Source: a virus
Lineage: Duplodnaviria; Caudoviricetes
Length of the DNA: 53,866 nucleotides
IMG/VR virus record: IMGVR_UViG_3300038450_000073
Location: 1-53,866 of that record
Direction: 5' to 3' (one strand)
Under the pieces are notes generated by a model. It worked only from the letters and a program-made list of their open reading frames with translations. It had not been told where the DNA came from and ran no database searches. How positions within the stretch are numbered: position 1 is the first letter of the stretch; each line of letters begins with the position of its first letter. Positions 43,519 to 52,738 of this stretch are shown here, in pieces. The position numbers and the translations under genes are program-made.

Positions 43519-45018
43519 ATGAGTGCTGGAGCCGATCTCCTCGGCGTGACCGAGGAGACCTTCAACGCGATCAAGGGGACCCTCACCACCGGCCTCACGG
43601 CCTCGACCGGCCTGCAAGGTGTGAACCTGCAGGACTACGTGTCGTTGGTCCCGTGCAAGACGCCGACCAGGGACTCCCTGCCGCGTGTAGCGGCACCGCA
43701 AGGTGCCCAGTACGCCTACTGGCGCACGTTCCTCAACGTGAACGCCCTCCAGGCGGACGGTGCCGAGCCCACCGACTTCGGCGGTTCGGCAACCGAGATG
43801 GACCTGCAGAACGTCTTCGCGCCCTTTGGTCTCATCGCCAAGCACGGCATCGTGACCGAGGACGCCATCGCCCTGGCCGGCGGCTACGCCGACGCCCTGG
43901 CGGTGCAGACCCTGGAGACGATGAAGCAGGAGTTCATCACCGAGAACATCAACGTCCTGCACTCGCAAGCGTACGCCGTCCCAACCCTTGGAACCATCTC
44001 GCTCTCGGTGAGCGCGACGAATGGCTACATCGGCTCGGGCGCGACCGCCTACGTGTGGGTCGCGGCCCGCAGCGGGAAGAACTACTTCTACGGCGGGTCG
44101 GGACCGGCCAGCGCGTCGTCCCACACCTCTGTCGGGACCACGTCGACGACGAACTCCGTCTCGGCGTTCATCCCGGCGGTGCGGACGGCGGTGGCCTGGG
44201 ACTGGTTCGTGGGTTCGTCCTCGTCCAACGGGGTCTACTACACGACCACGACCGTGAACTCGGTGACCATCACGACCATCCCCACGACCCCGCAGGCGGT
44301 TCCGAGCCTGGCGCTGATCTCCAGCGTCCAGCCGACGACCCCGCCGACGGCGGACACGTCCTACCAGTCCTACTGGATCAACGGCTACGTGGCCTCGATC
44401 CTCGGCGACTGGTCGACGGGTGCGTTCGGTTCGTCCTACGTGACGCCCGGACAGGGCACCGCGCAGGGGTCCATCTTCACCTCGCTCGACGGCGGGCAGT
44501 TCCACGTCGAAGGCGCGGCGATCCTGGAGCTCGACGAGCTGGACCTGGCGATCTACAACAACTACCCGGGGGTCTCCCCGGCGCGGTTCATCGTCGGCAC
44601 CCAGATCGTGAACGACCTGGCCAACGCGGCCCTGTCGTCCCCCCAGGCGATCCTGTTCTACCAGGGCGCCCTGGAGGACCGGCAGCGGCTGGTCATGGGC
44701 GGCACGGTGGCGAACTACCTGAACAAGACCGACGGGCAGACGCAGATCGAAATCTTCGTCGACCCGTACATGGTGCCGGGCGAGCTCATCGCCGAGGTGC
44801 GTGCGGTCCCGTTCATGGGTTCCAACGTGAAGACGGCAAGCCGAGTCGAGACGCTGCGTGACTACCAGCGCTTCGACTACTTCCCGAACTACGTCGCCAA
44901 CTCCTCGGCCGGCGGCCCGCGTCACGAGTTCGACGTGCGCTGCTTCGAGGCGTTCGAGACGGTGGTCGGGCCGACGATGGCGGTCCTCGCCAACATCGCC
45001 CCCGGGCTCGCCTCTTAA
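43519..45018 (+). CDS. major capsid protein with Ser/Thr-rich inserted domain
   Basis: Position after the scaffold, strong SD, LVP..TP.RD.LPRV, DPYMVPG and AVLANI motifs, followed by a hairpin. Confidence 0.8.
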   Translation: MSAGADLLGVTEETFNAIKGTLTTGLTASTGLQGVNLQDYVSLVPCKTPTRDSLPRVAAPQGAQYAYWRTFLNVNALQADGAEPTDFGGSATEMDLQNVFAPFGLIAKHGIVTEDAIALAGGYADALAVQTLETMKQEFITENINVLHSQAYAVPTLGTISLSVSATNGYIGSGATAYVWVAARSGKNYFYGGSGPASASSHTSVGTTSTTNSVSAFIPAVRTAVAWDWFVGSSSSNGVYYTTTTVNSVTITTIPTTPQAVPSLALISSVQPTTPPTADTSYQSYWINGYVASILGDWSTGAFGSSYVTPGQGTAQGSIFTSLDGGQFHVEGAAILELDELDLAIYNNYPGVSPARFIVGTQIVNDLANAALSSPQAILFYQGALEDRQRLVMGGTVANYLNKTDGQTQIEIFVDPYMVPGELIAEVRAVPFMGSNVKTASRVETLRDYQRFDYFPNYVANSSAGGPRHEFDVRCFEAFETVVGPTMAVLANIAPGLAS

Positions 45019-45032
45019 CGACAACGGAAGGG

Positions 45033-45064
45033 GACCGGCGGGTGCTCCTGTCCACCCGCCGGTC
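45033..45064 (+). terminator. hairpin after major capsid gene
   Basis: gaccggcgggtg-N8-cacccgccggtc. Confidence 0.6.
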
Positions 45065-45102
45065 TCCGCTGGCAGGGACAGGAACGAGACAGGGAGGCAG
45101 GA

Positions 45103-45546
45103 ATGTTCATCAAGCACTTCGCCAAGAAGACTTGGCGTGAAAAGAGCCCGGTCAACCCCGGCCACAGCGTCACGACCTACCAGTGGACCGGGAGCGGCAC
45201 GACCAAGATCGTCCACGGTGAGCGCGAGTACGAGGCCGACGACAACGGCTGGATCGACGCACCGCCCGACGTGGTCGAGACGTACCTGCGGATGCACGTC
45301 ACGGTCGGCCGCGGCGACCAGTCCACATGGATGACGCAGCCCGACGCCCAGGCCCAGGTCCGGGCGGGGTTCATGGACGAGGCCGAATCGGTCTTGGGCA
45401 AGACCGTCGTGCCCGTGCTCACGCGCCCGCGGCTCGTCGCGCCCCCGCTCCCGGCCGCGCGTCCCCGCCCTACGCCCCCCCCGCGGCGGGGACCGGCCAA
45501 CCGCGGGCTGGGGGACGACGGCGCACGCCCGCCGTCTGCTTCGTAG
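45103..45546 (+). CDS. hypothetical post-capsid protein
   Basis: SD ggagg, Pro/Arg-rich tail. Confidence 0.6.
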   Translation: MFIKHFAKKTWREKSPVNPGHSVTTYQWTGSGTTKIVHGEREYEADDNGWIDAPPDVVETYLRMHVTVGRGDQSTWMTQPDAQAQVRAGFMDEAESVLGKTVVPVLTRPRLVAPPLPAARPRPTPPPRRGPANRGLGDDGARPPSAS

Positions 45547-46097
45547 CGGTCCACGCCCACCCACTGGCGCTCGCGGCCCTGCGGCGCTTCGCACCGGGAG
45601 CGGTGGTCGTCACGGTCAAGGCGGGCGACACGACGGCCTACAGCCGCACCTGGGCCGAGTGGTGGGCCGCTGGCGAGGCGTTCGCTCTCGTCGAGCAGGA
45701 CATCGAGATTCACGGCACGGTGCTCTCGCAGTTCCGGCGCTGCGCGGAGCCCTGGTGCGTCTTCCCCTACAACGGCCCCGGCTACGGCGGCGTGGGAGGC
45801 GACCCGGTCCTCTACGGCGCGCTCGGCTGCGTCCGGTTCTCCGCGGCACTGCTCGCGGCCGAGCCGGACCTGCCCGCCTACGTGGGCGCCATCGACGACG
45901 CGCCGGGGCTCGCCCGCGGGGACTGGCGGAGGCTCGACGCGCGCGTCCTCGGGGCATTGCGTGACCGCGGGTACTCCCCGCACCTACACTGGCCCGAAGT
46001 GGCACACCACAGGCGCTACCACGGGCTGTGCGCGTGTGGCCGCGAGCACGAGGCGTACCCGGTGGACACGGAGGGGCGCTATGCGCCCGAGGGGTGA
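45530..46097 (+). CDS. GT-A-like glycosyltransferase (start unresolved)
   Basis: VEQD...C.EPWC..PY...LGCVRFSA...D. Paralog of 51208..51708. Confidence 0.55.
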
Positions 46098-46102
46098 GGC
46101 CG

Positions 46103-46285
46103 ATGGATGATAAGCAGGGCGCCCGTGAGATACGAACCGTCGATGTCGTTTTTGACGGTCCACCTGGGCCAGTCGCGGGAAGATTCGTAGAGGTCGAGGA
46201 CGAGACCGCGGCAAGCGTGAAGGTCGGCGAGTGGGTTGAGCGCGACGACGGCTATTGGGCGCTCCGTCTCCGGGTGGCTGAGTGA
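46103..46285 (+). CDS. small hypothetical phage protein
   Basis: DVVFDGPPG...GRFVEVED...GEW...W.LR. Confidence 0.55.
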   Translation: MDDKQGAREIRTVDVVFDGPPGPVAGRFVEVEDETAASVKVGEWVERDDGYWALRLRVAE

Positions 46286-46409
46286 GGGGCTACCTGGCCT
46301 ACCTCCTGCGACGCTTCCGCACCGCGTGGAGCGGAGTACCCGTGTGCCGTACCCGCCGTTGCGGGAGGCAACGCGATTACTGGGCGGGCGACTTCTGCAA
46401 GCTGCACCG

Positions 46410-47114
46410 ATGACCGTCACCGTCATCATGCCCGTGTACGAAGCGGCCGACTGCCTGCCCGCGGCCATCGGCTCGGTCATGGCCCAGACCTACGAGGACT
46501 GGGAGCTGGTCGCCGTCGATGACAACTCAGCCGACCCGCGGGTCATGCAAATACTCGACGCCGCGGGACGTGACCCGCGCGTGTTCGTCGTCCATCTCGG
46601 CACGACCGAGGACGAGCGCCGGCAGTCGGTCCGGTACGCGACGATCTTCAACCTCTGCGCGGAAATCGCCGAGGGCCATCTGACCTTCCTCTGCGGCGAC
46701 GACTTCTACTACCCGGATCGGTTAGAACGGATGGTGCGGAAGCTCGACGAGGGCAACGACGTGGTCTACGGCGCGCAGCGGCTGGTCCCGATGCCGGGGG
46801 AGTACGGCGAGCGCGTGCTGCACGGCACGGAGGCGATCCGCCACTGCCAAGGAGTCTTGACCGACGCCTACCACAAGGTTGACCTCAACTCGGTCATGGT
46901 GACGCACACGGCGTTTGACATGGCTGGCGGGTTTCCAGACCGCCCGCCGACGCCGCAGATGTGGCGCGAAGCCGACGCCTTGTTCTGGCAGCGCCTAGCG
47001 TTCGCCGGTTACGTCTTCGTCCCGGTCGATGATCCGGAGCGGCCGACCGACTGCAAGCGCTACAGAGACGACGGGGCAGATGCCCGCGTGATTCGAGGGG
47101 AGACGCCGTGGTGA
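46410..47114 (+). CDS. GT2-family glycosyltransferase
   Basis: VTVIMPVY...SVMAQTYEDWELVAVDDNS...FLCGDD.YYPDRL. Confidence 0.9.
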   Translation: MTVTVIMPVYEAADCLPAAIGSVMAQTYEDWELVAVDDNSADPRVMQILDAAGRDPRVFVVHLGTTEDERRQSVRYATIFNLCAEIAEGHLTFLCGDDFYYPDRLERMVRKLDEGNDVVYGAQRLVPMPGEYGERVLHGTEAIRHCQGVLTDAYHKVDLNSVMVTHTAFDMAGGFPDRPPTPQMWREADALFWQRLAFAGYVFVPVDDPERPTDCKRYRDDGADARVIRGETPW

Positions 47115-47791
47115 TCTCGTTGCTGTGCCCCAGCCGTGGCCGACCGGAGAACCTCCGGCGGTTGTCCGAGAGCGCTTTCAGCCTGGCAGCATCCCCGCCC
47201 GACATCGAAGTGCTCGCCTATGTCGATCTTGACGACCCGGCCCTCCCGCAGTATGCGGCGCTCGACTGTGCCGAGATTCACACGGGGGAGCGGATCATGT
47301 TCACGGACTACTGGAACAAGCTGGCGGAGGTCGCCCACGGCAACATCATGGGCATGATGGGCGACGACGTCGTCTTTCGCACTCCCGGCTGGGATCGCAT
47401 GGTCGAGGACGAGTTCGCGAAGTGGCCCGACCGGATCGTGTTCGTGAACGGTAGGGACGGTGCCCACGGGCCGGCGCTCGGCACGCACGGGTTCCTGCAC
47501 CGTCGCTGGGTGGATGCTGTCGGCCGGTTCTGCCCGCCGTACTTCAGCCATGACTACCCGGACCTGTGGCTCACCGAGGTCGCGGACGCGCTCGGCCGGC
47601 GCGTGTTCCTGCCCGAACTGTTCACTGAACACCTTCACCCCAACCTTGGGAAAGCACCGGACGACGACACCTACCGCGAGGGGGTGGCGCGCGGCGTACG
47701 CGACAACTGCCCGCAGCTCTACATCGACACGCTCCCCGAACGTGAACAGGAGATCGCGACCCTGCGGGCCGTGATCGCGTCGCATGGTTGA
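47108..47791 (+). CDS. GT2-like glycosyltransferase
   Basis: ISLLCPSRGRP...YVDLDDP...MGDDVVFRTPGWD...YPDLW...EHLH. Confidence 0.8.
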   Translation: MVISLLCPSRGRPENLRRLSESAFSLAASPPDIEVLAYVDLDDPALPQYAALDCAEIHTGERIMFTDYWNKLAEVAHGNIMGMMGDDVVFRTPGWDRMVEDEFAKWPDRIVFVNGRDGAHGPALGTHGFLHRRWVDAVGRFCPPYFSHDYPDLWLTEVADALGRRVFLPELFTEHLHPNLGKAPDDDTYREGVARGVRDNCPQLYIDTLPEREQEIATLRAVIASHG

Positions 47792-48449
47792 GTACCGACC
47801 GTCCGAGAGTTGCTGCGGGGTGAGCCCCCTGTTCTTGCTGCCCTCCGAGGACATGCGCGCGGTCTTCGCCGGCAGTCCCGGTGGGCTGCCCGAAGCACCG
47901 TTGATCGACTGGGCGTGGCGCGAGTTCGGTGGCGAAGGCTTGTTCGTGGACGTGGGCGCGCATGTCGGCCAGTGGACGCTCCCGTTCGCCGCCGCCGGGG
48001 TGCCCGTCGTGGCATTCGAGCCCAACCCGCCCATCCGCGCACTTCTCAGCGCAGCGATTCGACAAAACGGTCTCGCCGTGTCTCTTTGGCCTTTCGCGCT
48101 CGGCGCGGCAGCCGGGAGCGGCCATCTGACCGCGCCGGAGATCGGCGGCGGCATGGCGTCCATCGTGTGCGAGTTTCCTGGTGGCCCCGTCAGTGAGACC
48201 GTCGAGGTCCGTTCCCTCGACCACTTCAGCCTCGCGCCGCGCCTGCTCAAACTCGACGTGGAGGGCGCGGAGGTTGACGTTCTGCGCGGTGCTTATGAGA
48301 CCATTCGCCAAAACAGGCCGGTCGTGATCTTCGAGTGCTGGGAGGATGAACGCGGCCAACGAACCGGCGAGCTGTTCGCGACCCTTGCCGAGTACGGCTA
48401 CCGCACCGAGCGCAACTCGTGGCCCGAGACCTGGGTGGCCTACCCGTGA
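47784..48449 (+). CDS. FkbM-family O-methyltransferase
   Basis: FVDVGAHVG, AFEPNP, LKLDVEGAE..VLRGA...RPV..FE. Confidence 0.9.
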   Translation: MVEYRPSESCCGVSPLFLLPSEDMRAVFAGSPGGLPEAPLIDWAWREFGGEGLFVDVGAHVGQWTLPFAAAGVPVVAFEPNPPIRALLSAAIRQNGLAVSLWPFALGAAAGSGHLTAPEIGGGMASIVCEFPGGPVSETVEVRSLDHFSLAPRLLKLDVEGAEVDVLRGAYETIRQNRPVVIFECWEDERGQRTGELFATLAEYGYRTERNSWPETWVAYP

Positions 48450-49126
48450 TCTCGCTGCTTGTCCCGACACGCGGGAGACCTCACAACATTGCGCGGCTGC
48501 TCGACAGCCTCGACAGCACCACGACAGGGAGGATCGAGGTCGTGTGGTGCGTCGACGACGACGACGCCCCGAGCGTCCGTGCGCTGGCCGATCAGACCTA
48601 CGGCCCGGTGGTCGTCGGGCCGCGCGAGTGCCCGAACCAGCTCTGGAACACGGCGTGGGTCGGCGCCAAGGGCGACATCCTGGCGCCGATGGGCGACGAC
48701 GTCGTCTTTCGCACTCCCGGCTGGGATCGCATGGTCGAGGCGGCGTTCGGGTCGGTCCCCGACCGGATGGTCTTGGTGTACGGCCGCGACGGATTTCGCA
48801 ACCAGGTTCATGCGTCCCATCCCTTCCTGAGCCGTGAGTGGTGCGAAGTGCTCGGCTACCTCTACCCGCACCCGGAGGTGTTCACGCAGGACATGGTCGA
48901 CGTTTGGGTGTTCGAGCTCGCCCAAGCGGTCAACCGGACCATCTACCTGCCGGAGCTGTTCACGCAGCACATGCACCCGGACGACCCCAGCCTCGGCGTC
49001 GAGTTCGACCAGACCTATCGGGACAACGCCATGAGGCGTGAGCGCGACCGGACGCACGAGCGTTACGCGGACTATGCCGCGGAGCGTGCCGCGGATGTCG
49101 AGAAGCTGAGGAGGGCACTGCGATGA
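48446..49126 (+). CDS. GT2-like glycosyltransferase (paralog of 47108..47791)
   Basis: ISLLVPTRGRP...VDDDD...MGDDVVFRTPGWD. Confidence 0.8.
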   Translation: MISLLVPTRGRPHNIARLLDSLDSTTTGRIEVVWCVDDDDAPSVRALADQTYGPVVVGPRECPNQLWNTAWVGAKGDILAPMGDDVVFRTPGWDRMVEAAFGSVPDRMVLVYGRDGFRNQVHASHPFLSREWCEVLGYLYPHPEVFTQDMVDVWVFELAQAVNRTIYLPELFTQHMHPDDPSLGVEFDQTYRDNAMRRERDRTHERYADYAAERAADVEKLRRALR

Positions 49127-50097
49127 CGGACGGGCGGGTTCTCGTGGCAGGGGCCGGTGGGTTTATCGCCGGGCATCTCGTCAAGCGGCTGGAAGCCGAG
49201 GGGCGCGAGGTCTTCGGCGTCGATATCAAGCCCCTCGGCGAGTGGTGGCAACCTGGGAAGGCTAACTGGGAAGCGGACCTCTCACTCGCTGATGAGTGTG
49301 ACGACGCCGTCGAAGGCTGCTCGACGGTCGTGAACCTCGCCTGCGACATGGGGGGCATGGGGTTCATCGCGCTGAACAAGGCCGCCTGCATGCTGAACAT
49401 CCTGATCAACACGCATCTGCTGATGGCGGCCAAGCGGGAAGGCGTCGGGCGGTACTTCTTTGCCAGCTCGGCCTGCGTTTACCGGCAGGACCGCCAGGAC
49501 GGCTCGGTGCTGAACTACGCGCTACGCGAGAAGGACGCCTACCCGGCTGACCCCGAGGACGGCTACGGCTGGGAGAAGCTGACCTCGGAGCGGATGTGCC
49601 GGCACTTCCGCGAGGACTACGGGCTGGAGACCCGCGTCGCCCGCTTCCACACCGTCTACGGCCCGCACGAGACGTGGCAGGGCGGCCGCGAGAAGGTCCC
49701 GGCGGCGTTCTGCCGCAAGGTCGCCGTCGCCAAGCTGACCGGAGGGCGTGAGGTCGAGGTGTGGGGCGACGGGACGCAACGGCGGAGTTTCCTCTACGTC
49801 GATGACCTCGTAGATGGGGTCCTGCGCCTGATCGACTCAGATCGTGCCGAGCCGACGAACATCGGGGCGACCGGCTCCGTGACGATTGAGGAGCTGCTGG
49901 CGCTGGTCGAGTCAATCGCCGGGGTGCCGACATTGAAGCGCGTCTACGACCCGACGAAGCCGCTCGGGGTCCGCGAGCGCGACTGCGACGGCACGGCGAT
50001 GACCGAGGCGACCGGCTGGCAGCCGACGATCTCGCTCGAAGCCGGGATGGAGCGGACCTACGCCTGGGTCGAGGACCAGGTGCGGGCGGCGATCTGA
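49123..50097 (+). CDS. NAD-dependent epimerase, GDP-mannose 3,5-epimerase-like
   Basis: GAGGFIA, NLA.DMGGMGFI, ASSACVY, P...YGWEK, GGREK.PAAFCRK. Confidence 0.85.
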   Translation: MTDGRVLVAGAGGFIAGHLVKRLEAEGREVFGVDIKPLGEWWQPGKANWEADLSLADECDDAVEGCSTVVNLACDMGGMGFIALNKAACMLNILINTHLLMAAKREGVGRYFFASSACVYRQDRQDGSVLNYALREKDAYPADPEDGYGWEKLTSERMCRHFREDYGLETRVARFHTVYGPHETWQGGREKVPAAFCRKVAVAKLTGGREVEVWGDGTQRRSFLYVDDLVDGVLRLIDSDRAEPTNIGATGSVTIEELLALVESIAGVPTLKRVYDPTKPLGVRERDCDGTAMTEATGWQPTISLEAGMERTYAWVEDQVRAAI

Positions 50098-50588
50098 TGC
50101 ACGACGCGGCCTTCGCGTGGGTCGTGCGCTGCCTCGGCGAGATCGGCACGCCCCGCGTCGTCGTCGAGTTCGGCGCGCTCGACGTGAACGGCTCGGTGCG
50201 CGGTCTGTTCGCGGGCACCGACTACACGGGCGTCGACCTCCTCGCGGGGCCAGGCGTGGACGTGGTCGGCGACGCGGCCGACTACGAGCACCCGGTGCCG
50301 GTCGACCTGGTCGTGTGCTGCGAGACGCTGGAGCACTCCGACCACGCGGGGGCCATCGTCGCCGCCGCGGCGCGCCTGCTCGGTTCCGGGGGGTGGCTGA
50401 TCCTGACGACGGCTGGACCGGGACGCCCGCCCCACGCCGCCGACGGGAGTGACAGGGGACCGCACCCCGGCGAGTGGTACGCGAATGTCTCGCCGGACGC
50501 CCTCGACGACTGGCTGCGCGCCGCGGGGTTCCGGCGCTGGCAGACCGACGAGACCGGCGTCGATGTCCGGGTGCTGGCGCAGCGATGA
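50097..50588 (+). CDS. class I SAM-dependent methyltransferase
   Basis: VVEFGALDVNGSVR...YTGVD...GPGVD...CCETLEH. Confidence 0.8.
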   Translation: MHDAAFAWVVRCLGEIGTPRVVVEFGALDVNGSVRGLFAGTDYTGVDLLAGPGVDVVGDAADYEHPVPVDLVVCCETLEHSDHAGAIVAAAARLLGSGGWLILTTAGPGRPPHAADGSDRGPHPGEWYANVSPDALDDWLRAAGFRRWQTDETGVDVRVLAQR

Positions 50589-51211
50589 CCGTGCCGGTTT
50601 TCATCTGCGCGCGCGACCGCCTGAACTGCATGAAGCGCCTCGTCGCCTGGCTGGAGGAGGCCGGGCACGACCGCATCACGTTTCTCGACAACGACTCGGC
50701 GTGGCCGCCGTTGCTTGACTACTACGCGACAACGCCGCACGAGGTGGTCAGGCTCGGCGAGAACCTCGGCTCCAAGGCGCTGTGGAAGGCCGGGCTGGTC
50801 CCCGACGAGCCCTACGTCTACACCGACCCCGACGTGGTGCCAGTCCCGGAGTGCCCGCTGGACGTGGTCGCCTACCTCGCCAAGGTGCTGGCAACGACCG
50901 GCGTGCCGAAGGTCGGCCTGGGGCTGCGTATCGACGCGCCGTTCATCGACGAGGCGAGCCTAGAGGTCGAGACGCGCTGGCGCGACCCGACGCGCGAGCA
51001 CTGGCAGGGCCTGTTCATGTCACCCATCGACACGACGTTCGCCCTCTACCCAGCAGGCTCGGACTTCCACTACGCCGCGGTCCGCACCGGAGCGCCGTGC
51101 GAGCTTTTGCACCTGCCCTGGTATGAGAAGCCGACCGAGGAGGACCGCTTCTACCTCTCCAGGGCCTCGACCGACGACCACGGCTCACGCTGGGCGAGGC
51201 GGGCGCGATGA
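50585..51211 (+). CDS. GT2-like glycosyltransferase
   Basis: VFICARDR...FLDNDS...YVYTDPD...IDTTFALY. Confidence 0.8.
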   Translation: MTVPVFICARDRLNCMKRLVAWLEEAGHDRITFLDNDSAWPPLLDYYATTPHEVVRLGENLGSKALWKAGLVPDEPYVYTDPDVVPVPECPLDVVAYLAKVLATTGVPKVGLGLRIDAPFIDEASLEVETRWRDPTREHWQGLFMSPIDTTFALYPAGSDFHYAAVRTGAPCELLHLPWYEKPTEEDRFYLSRASTDDHGSRWARRAR

Positions 51212-51708
51212 TTGTCGTGCTCGCCTACGTGCCCCCAATGAGCCCCAAGGTGGTCATCGCGCTGAACAAGACCGGCCGCGAGTTCCAGCGCGTCGACGTC
51301 TCCCGGAGCGACGAGCACTACTGGCGCTACTTCCGGGCCATGTGGGCGAACGGCCAGGACTTTTGCAACGTCGAGCAGGACATCCAGGTGTCGCCCACCA
51401 TCCTCGACGAGCTGGAAGCCTGTCCCGAGCCCTGGTGCTCAGTGGCGTACCCCTACCTCGGAGGCGAGTACGCCGGGCTGGGGTGCGCGCGCTTCAGCGC
51501 CGAACTCATGCGACGGCACCCGGGAGCGGTGGACGAGGCCGGGAAGTGGTCGAACGCCCAGCACCACCCGCGCCACTGGTGCACGGTCGATCACAGCCTC
51601 ACGCTGACGCTGAACCGGATGGGCGAGACCAAGCACGTCCACTACTCGGGCGTCACGCACCTAGGGGACCACTGGCCCAGCCACGGTTGCGTCCCTCGCA
51701 AACCCTAG
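51208..51708 (+). CDS. GT-A-like glycosyltransferase
   Basis: NVEQD...C.EPWC...LGCARFS...D...H.H....H. Confidence 0.6.
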   Translation: MIVVLAYVPPMSPKVVIALNKTGREFQRVDVSRSDEHYWRYFRAMWANGQDFCNVEQDIQVSPTILDELEACPEPWCSVAYPYLGGEYAGLGCARFSAELMRRHPGAVDEAGKWSNAQHHPRHWCTVDHSLTLTLNRMGETKHVHYSGVTHLGDHWPSHGCVPRKP

Positions 51709-51717
51709 ACGTCTAGG
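51704..51717. promoter_or_regulatory. 14-bp palindromic site CCTAGACGTCTAGG
   Basis: Perfect copy that supplies the stop of the last glycosylation gene. Confidence 0.8.
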
Positions 51718-51799
51718 TAATTGTAATTCCCCGGCCTCGCAGCGTGCCGCGACCGCCGGCGCCGGGGCTGTAGCATCTACCCAGCGAAAGGAGTTGACC

Positions 51800-52723
51800 A
51801 TGCACGTTCAACTCACGGGCCACGTTCGACCGCGGCTCATTCTCCCCGACCTCCCCGACATTCAGGTCGCGGCGTTCCGCAGCCCTGAGCTGGAGCACGC
51901 CTACCGCGACCCGAGGCTGGAAAAGGTCGCCAAGGCCGCGCTCGAACGCCACGCGATGATGATGCCGTTCGCCCAGTACAGCGAGCAGGCCATCCTCAAC
52001 GGGCTGTTCGGGAACTGCTGCGGCTGCGTCCGCACGCAGATCAACGCCGCGGCCACCGCGCAGACCACGATCAACACCGGGTCAATCGCGACCGGCGGCG
52101 TGTCGGGCAACATGGACCAGACGCCGAACACCACGGCGAAAATCTGGATCGGGACACCGGGCTCTGGGGCGACGCAGAACCAGTACACCGCGCCCCACGC
52201 CTTCGTGCTGACGGGCTCGGCAGCGACCTCGCTGACCATCGCCTCGCAGTCCATCGGGCTCGCGATCTCGGTGGGCGACTTCATCTTCCTGGGCGGCTCC
52301 GCCTCGGCAGGTGGGGCGACGACCAACGCTGGCCCGATGTGGTGTCTGAACACCCTCTACATCGGCCTCACCACGCAGGCCGTCGCGGGTGCCACACAGG
52401 CGAACGTCCTCTCGGGCGAGCCGACCTCGACGGGCAGCTACGCCCGTATCGTCGTCACGAACAACCAGACGAACTTCCCGATCGCCACCGCGGCGAGCCC
52501 ATCGGTCCTCACGGCCGGTGGCCCGTTCTCATTCGCGGCGAGCACGTCGAGCGGCTGGTCTACGGGCGCGACGAACCTGGTGCAGATGTTCATTGCCGAT
52601 GCCTCGACATTGGCAGGTGGGAACGTCATCGCCTTTGGTGCGCTGGGCACGCCCCAGGCAGTCAACGCGGCCGGGATCACCCTGTCCTTCGCGGCAAACG
52701 CAATCACGATCACCCTGACCTGA
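51800..52723 (+). CDS. virion structural protein (fibre/cement-like)
   Basis: F..YSE.AILN.LFG...LYIGL.T...EP...SYAR...F.A...W......I.DA....GN...G.L...ITL pattern, SD aaggag. Confidence 0.65.
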   Translation: MHVQLTGHVRPRLILPDLPDIQVAAFRSPELEHAYRDPRLEKVAKAALERHAMMMPFAQYSEQAILNGLFGNCCGCVRTQINAAATAQTTINTGSIATGGVSGNMDQTPNTTAKIWIGTPGSGATQNQYTAPHAFVLTGSAATSLTIASQSIGLAISVGDFIFLGGSASAGGATTNAGPMWCLNTLYIGLTTQAVAGATQANVLSGEPTSTGSYARIVVTNNQTNFPIATAASPSVLTAGGPFSFAASTSSGWSTGATNLVQMFIADASTLAGGNVIAFGALGTPQAVNAAGITLSFAANAITITLT

Positions 52724-52738
52724 GAAAGGACCATTGAC

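Noticed and set aside
42619-45594. 991-aa minus-strand ORF and many other long overlapping ORFs
   Set aside because: Shadow frames of high-GC3 genes, Arg/Gly/Pro-rich, with no motifs or SD.
978-51717. Palindrome copies as CRISPR repeats or insertion-sequence ends
   Set aside because: They are kilobases apart with no regular spacers, and there is no cas gene, transposase or target duplication.
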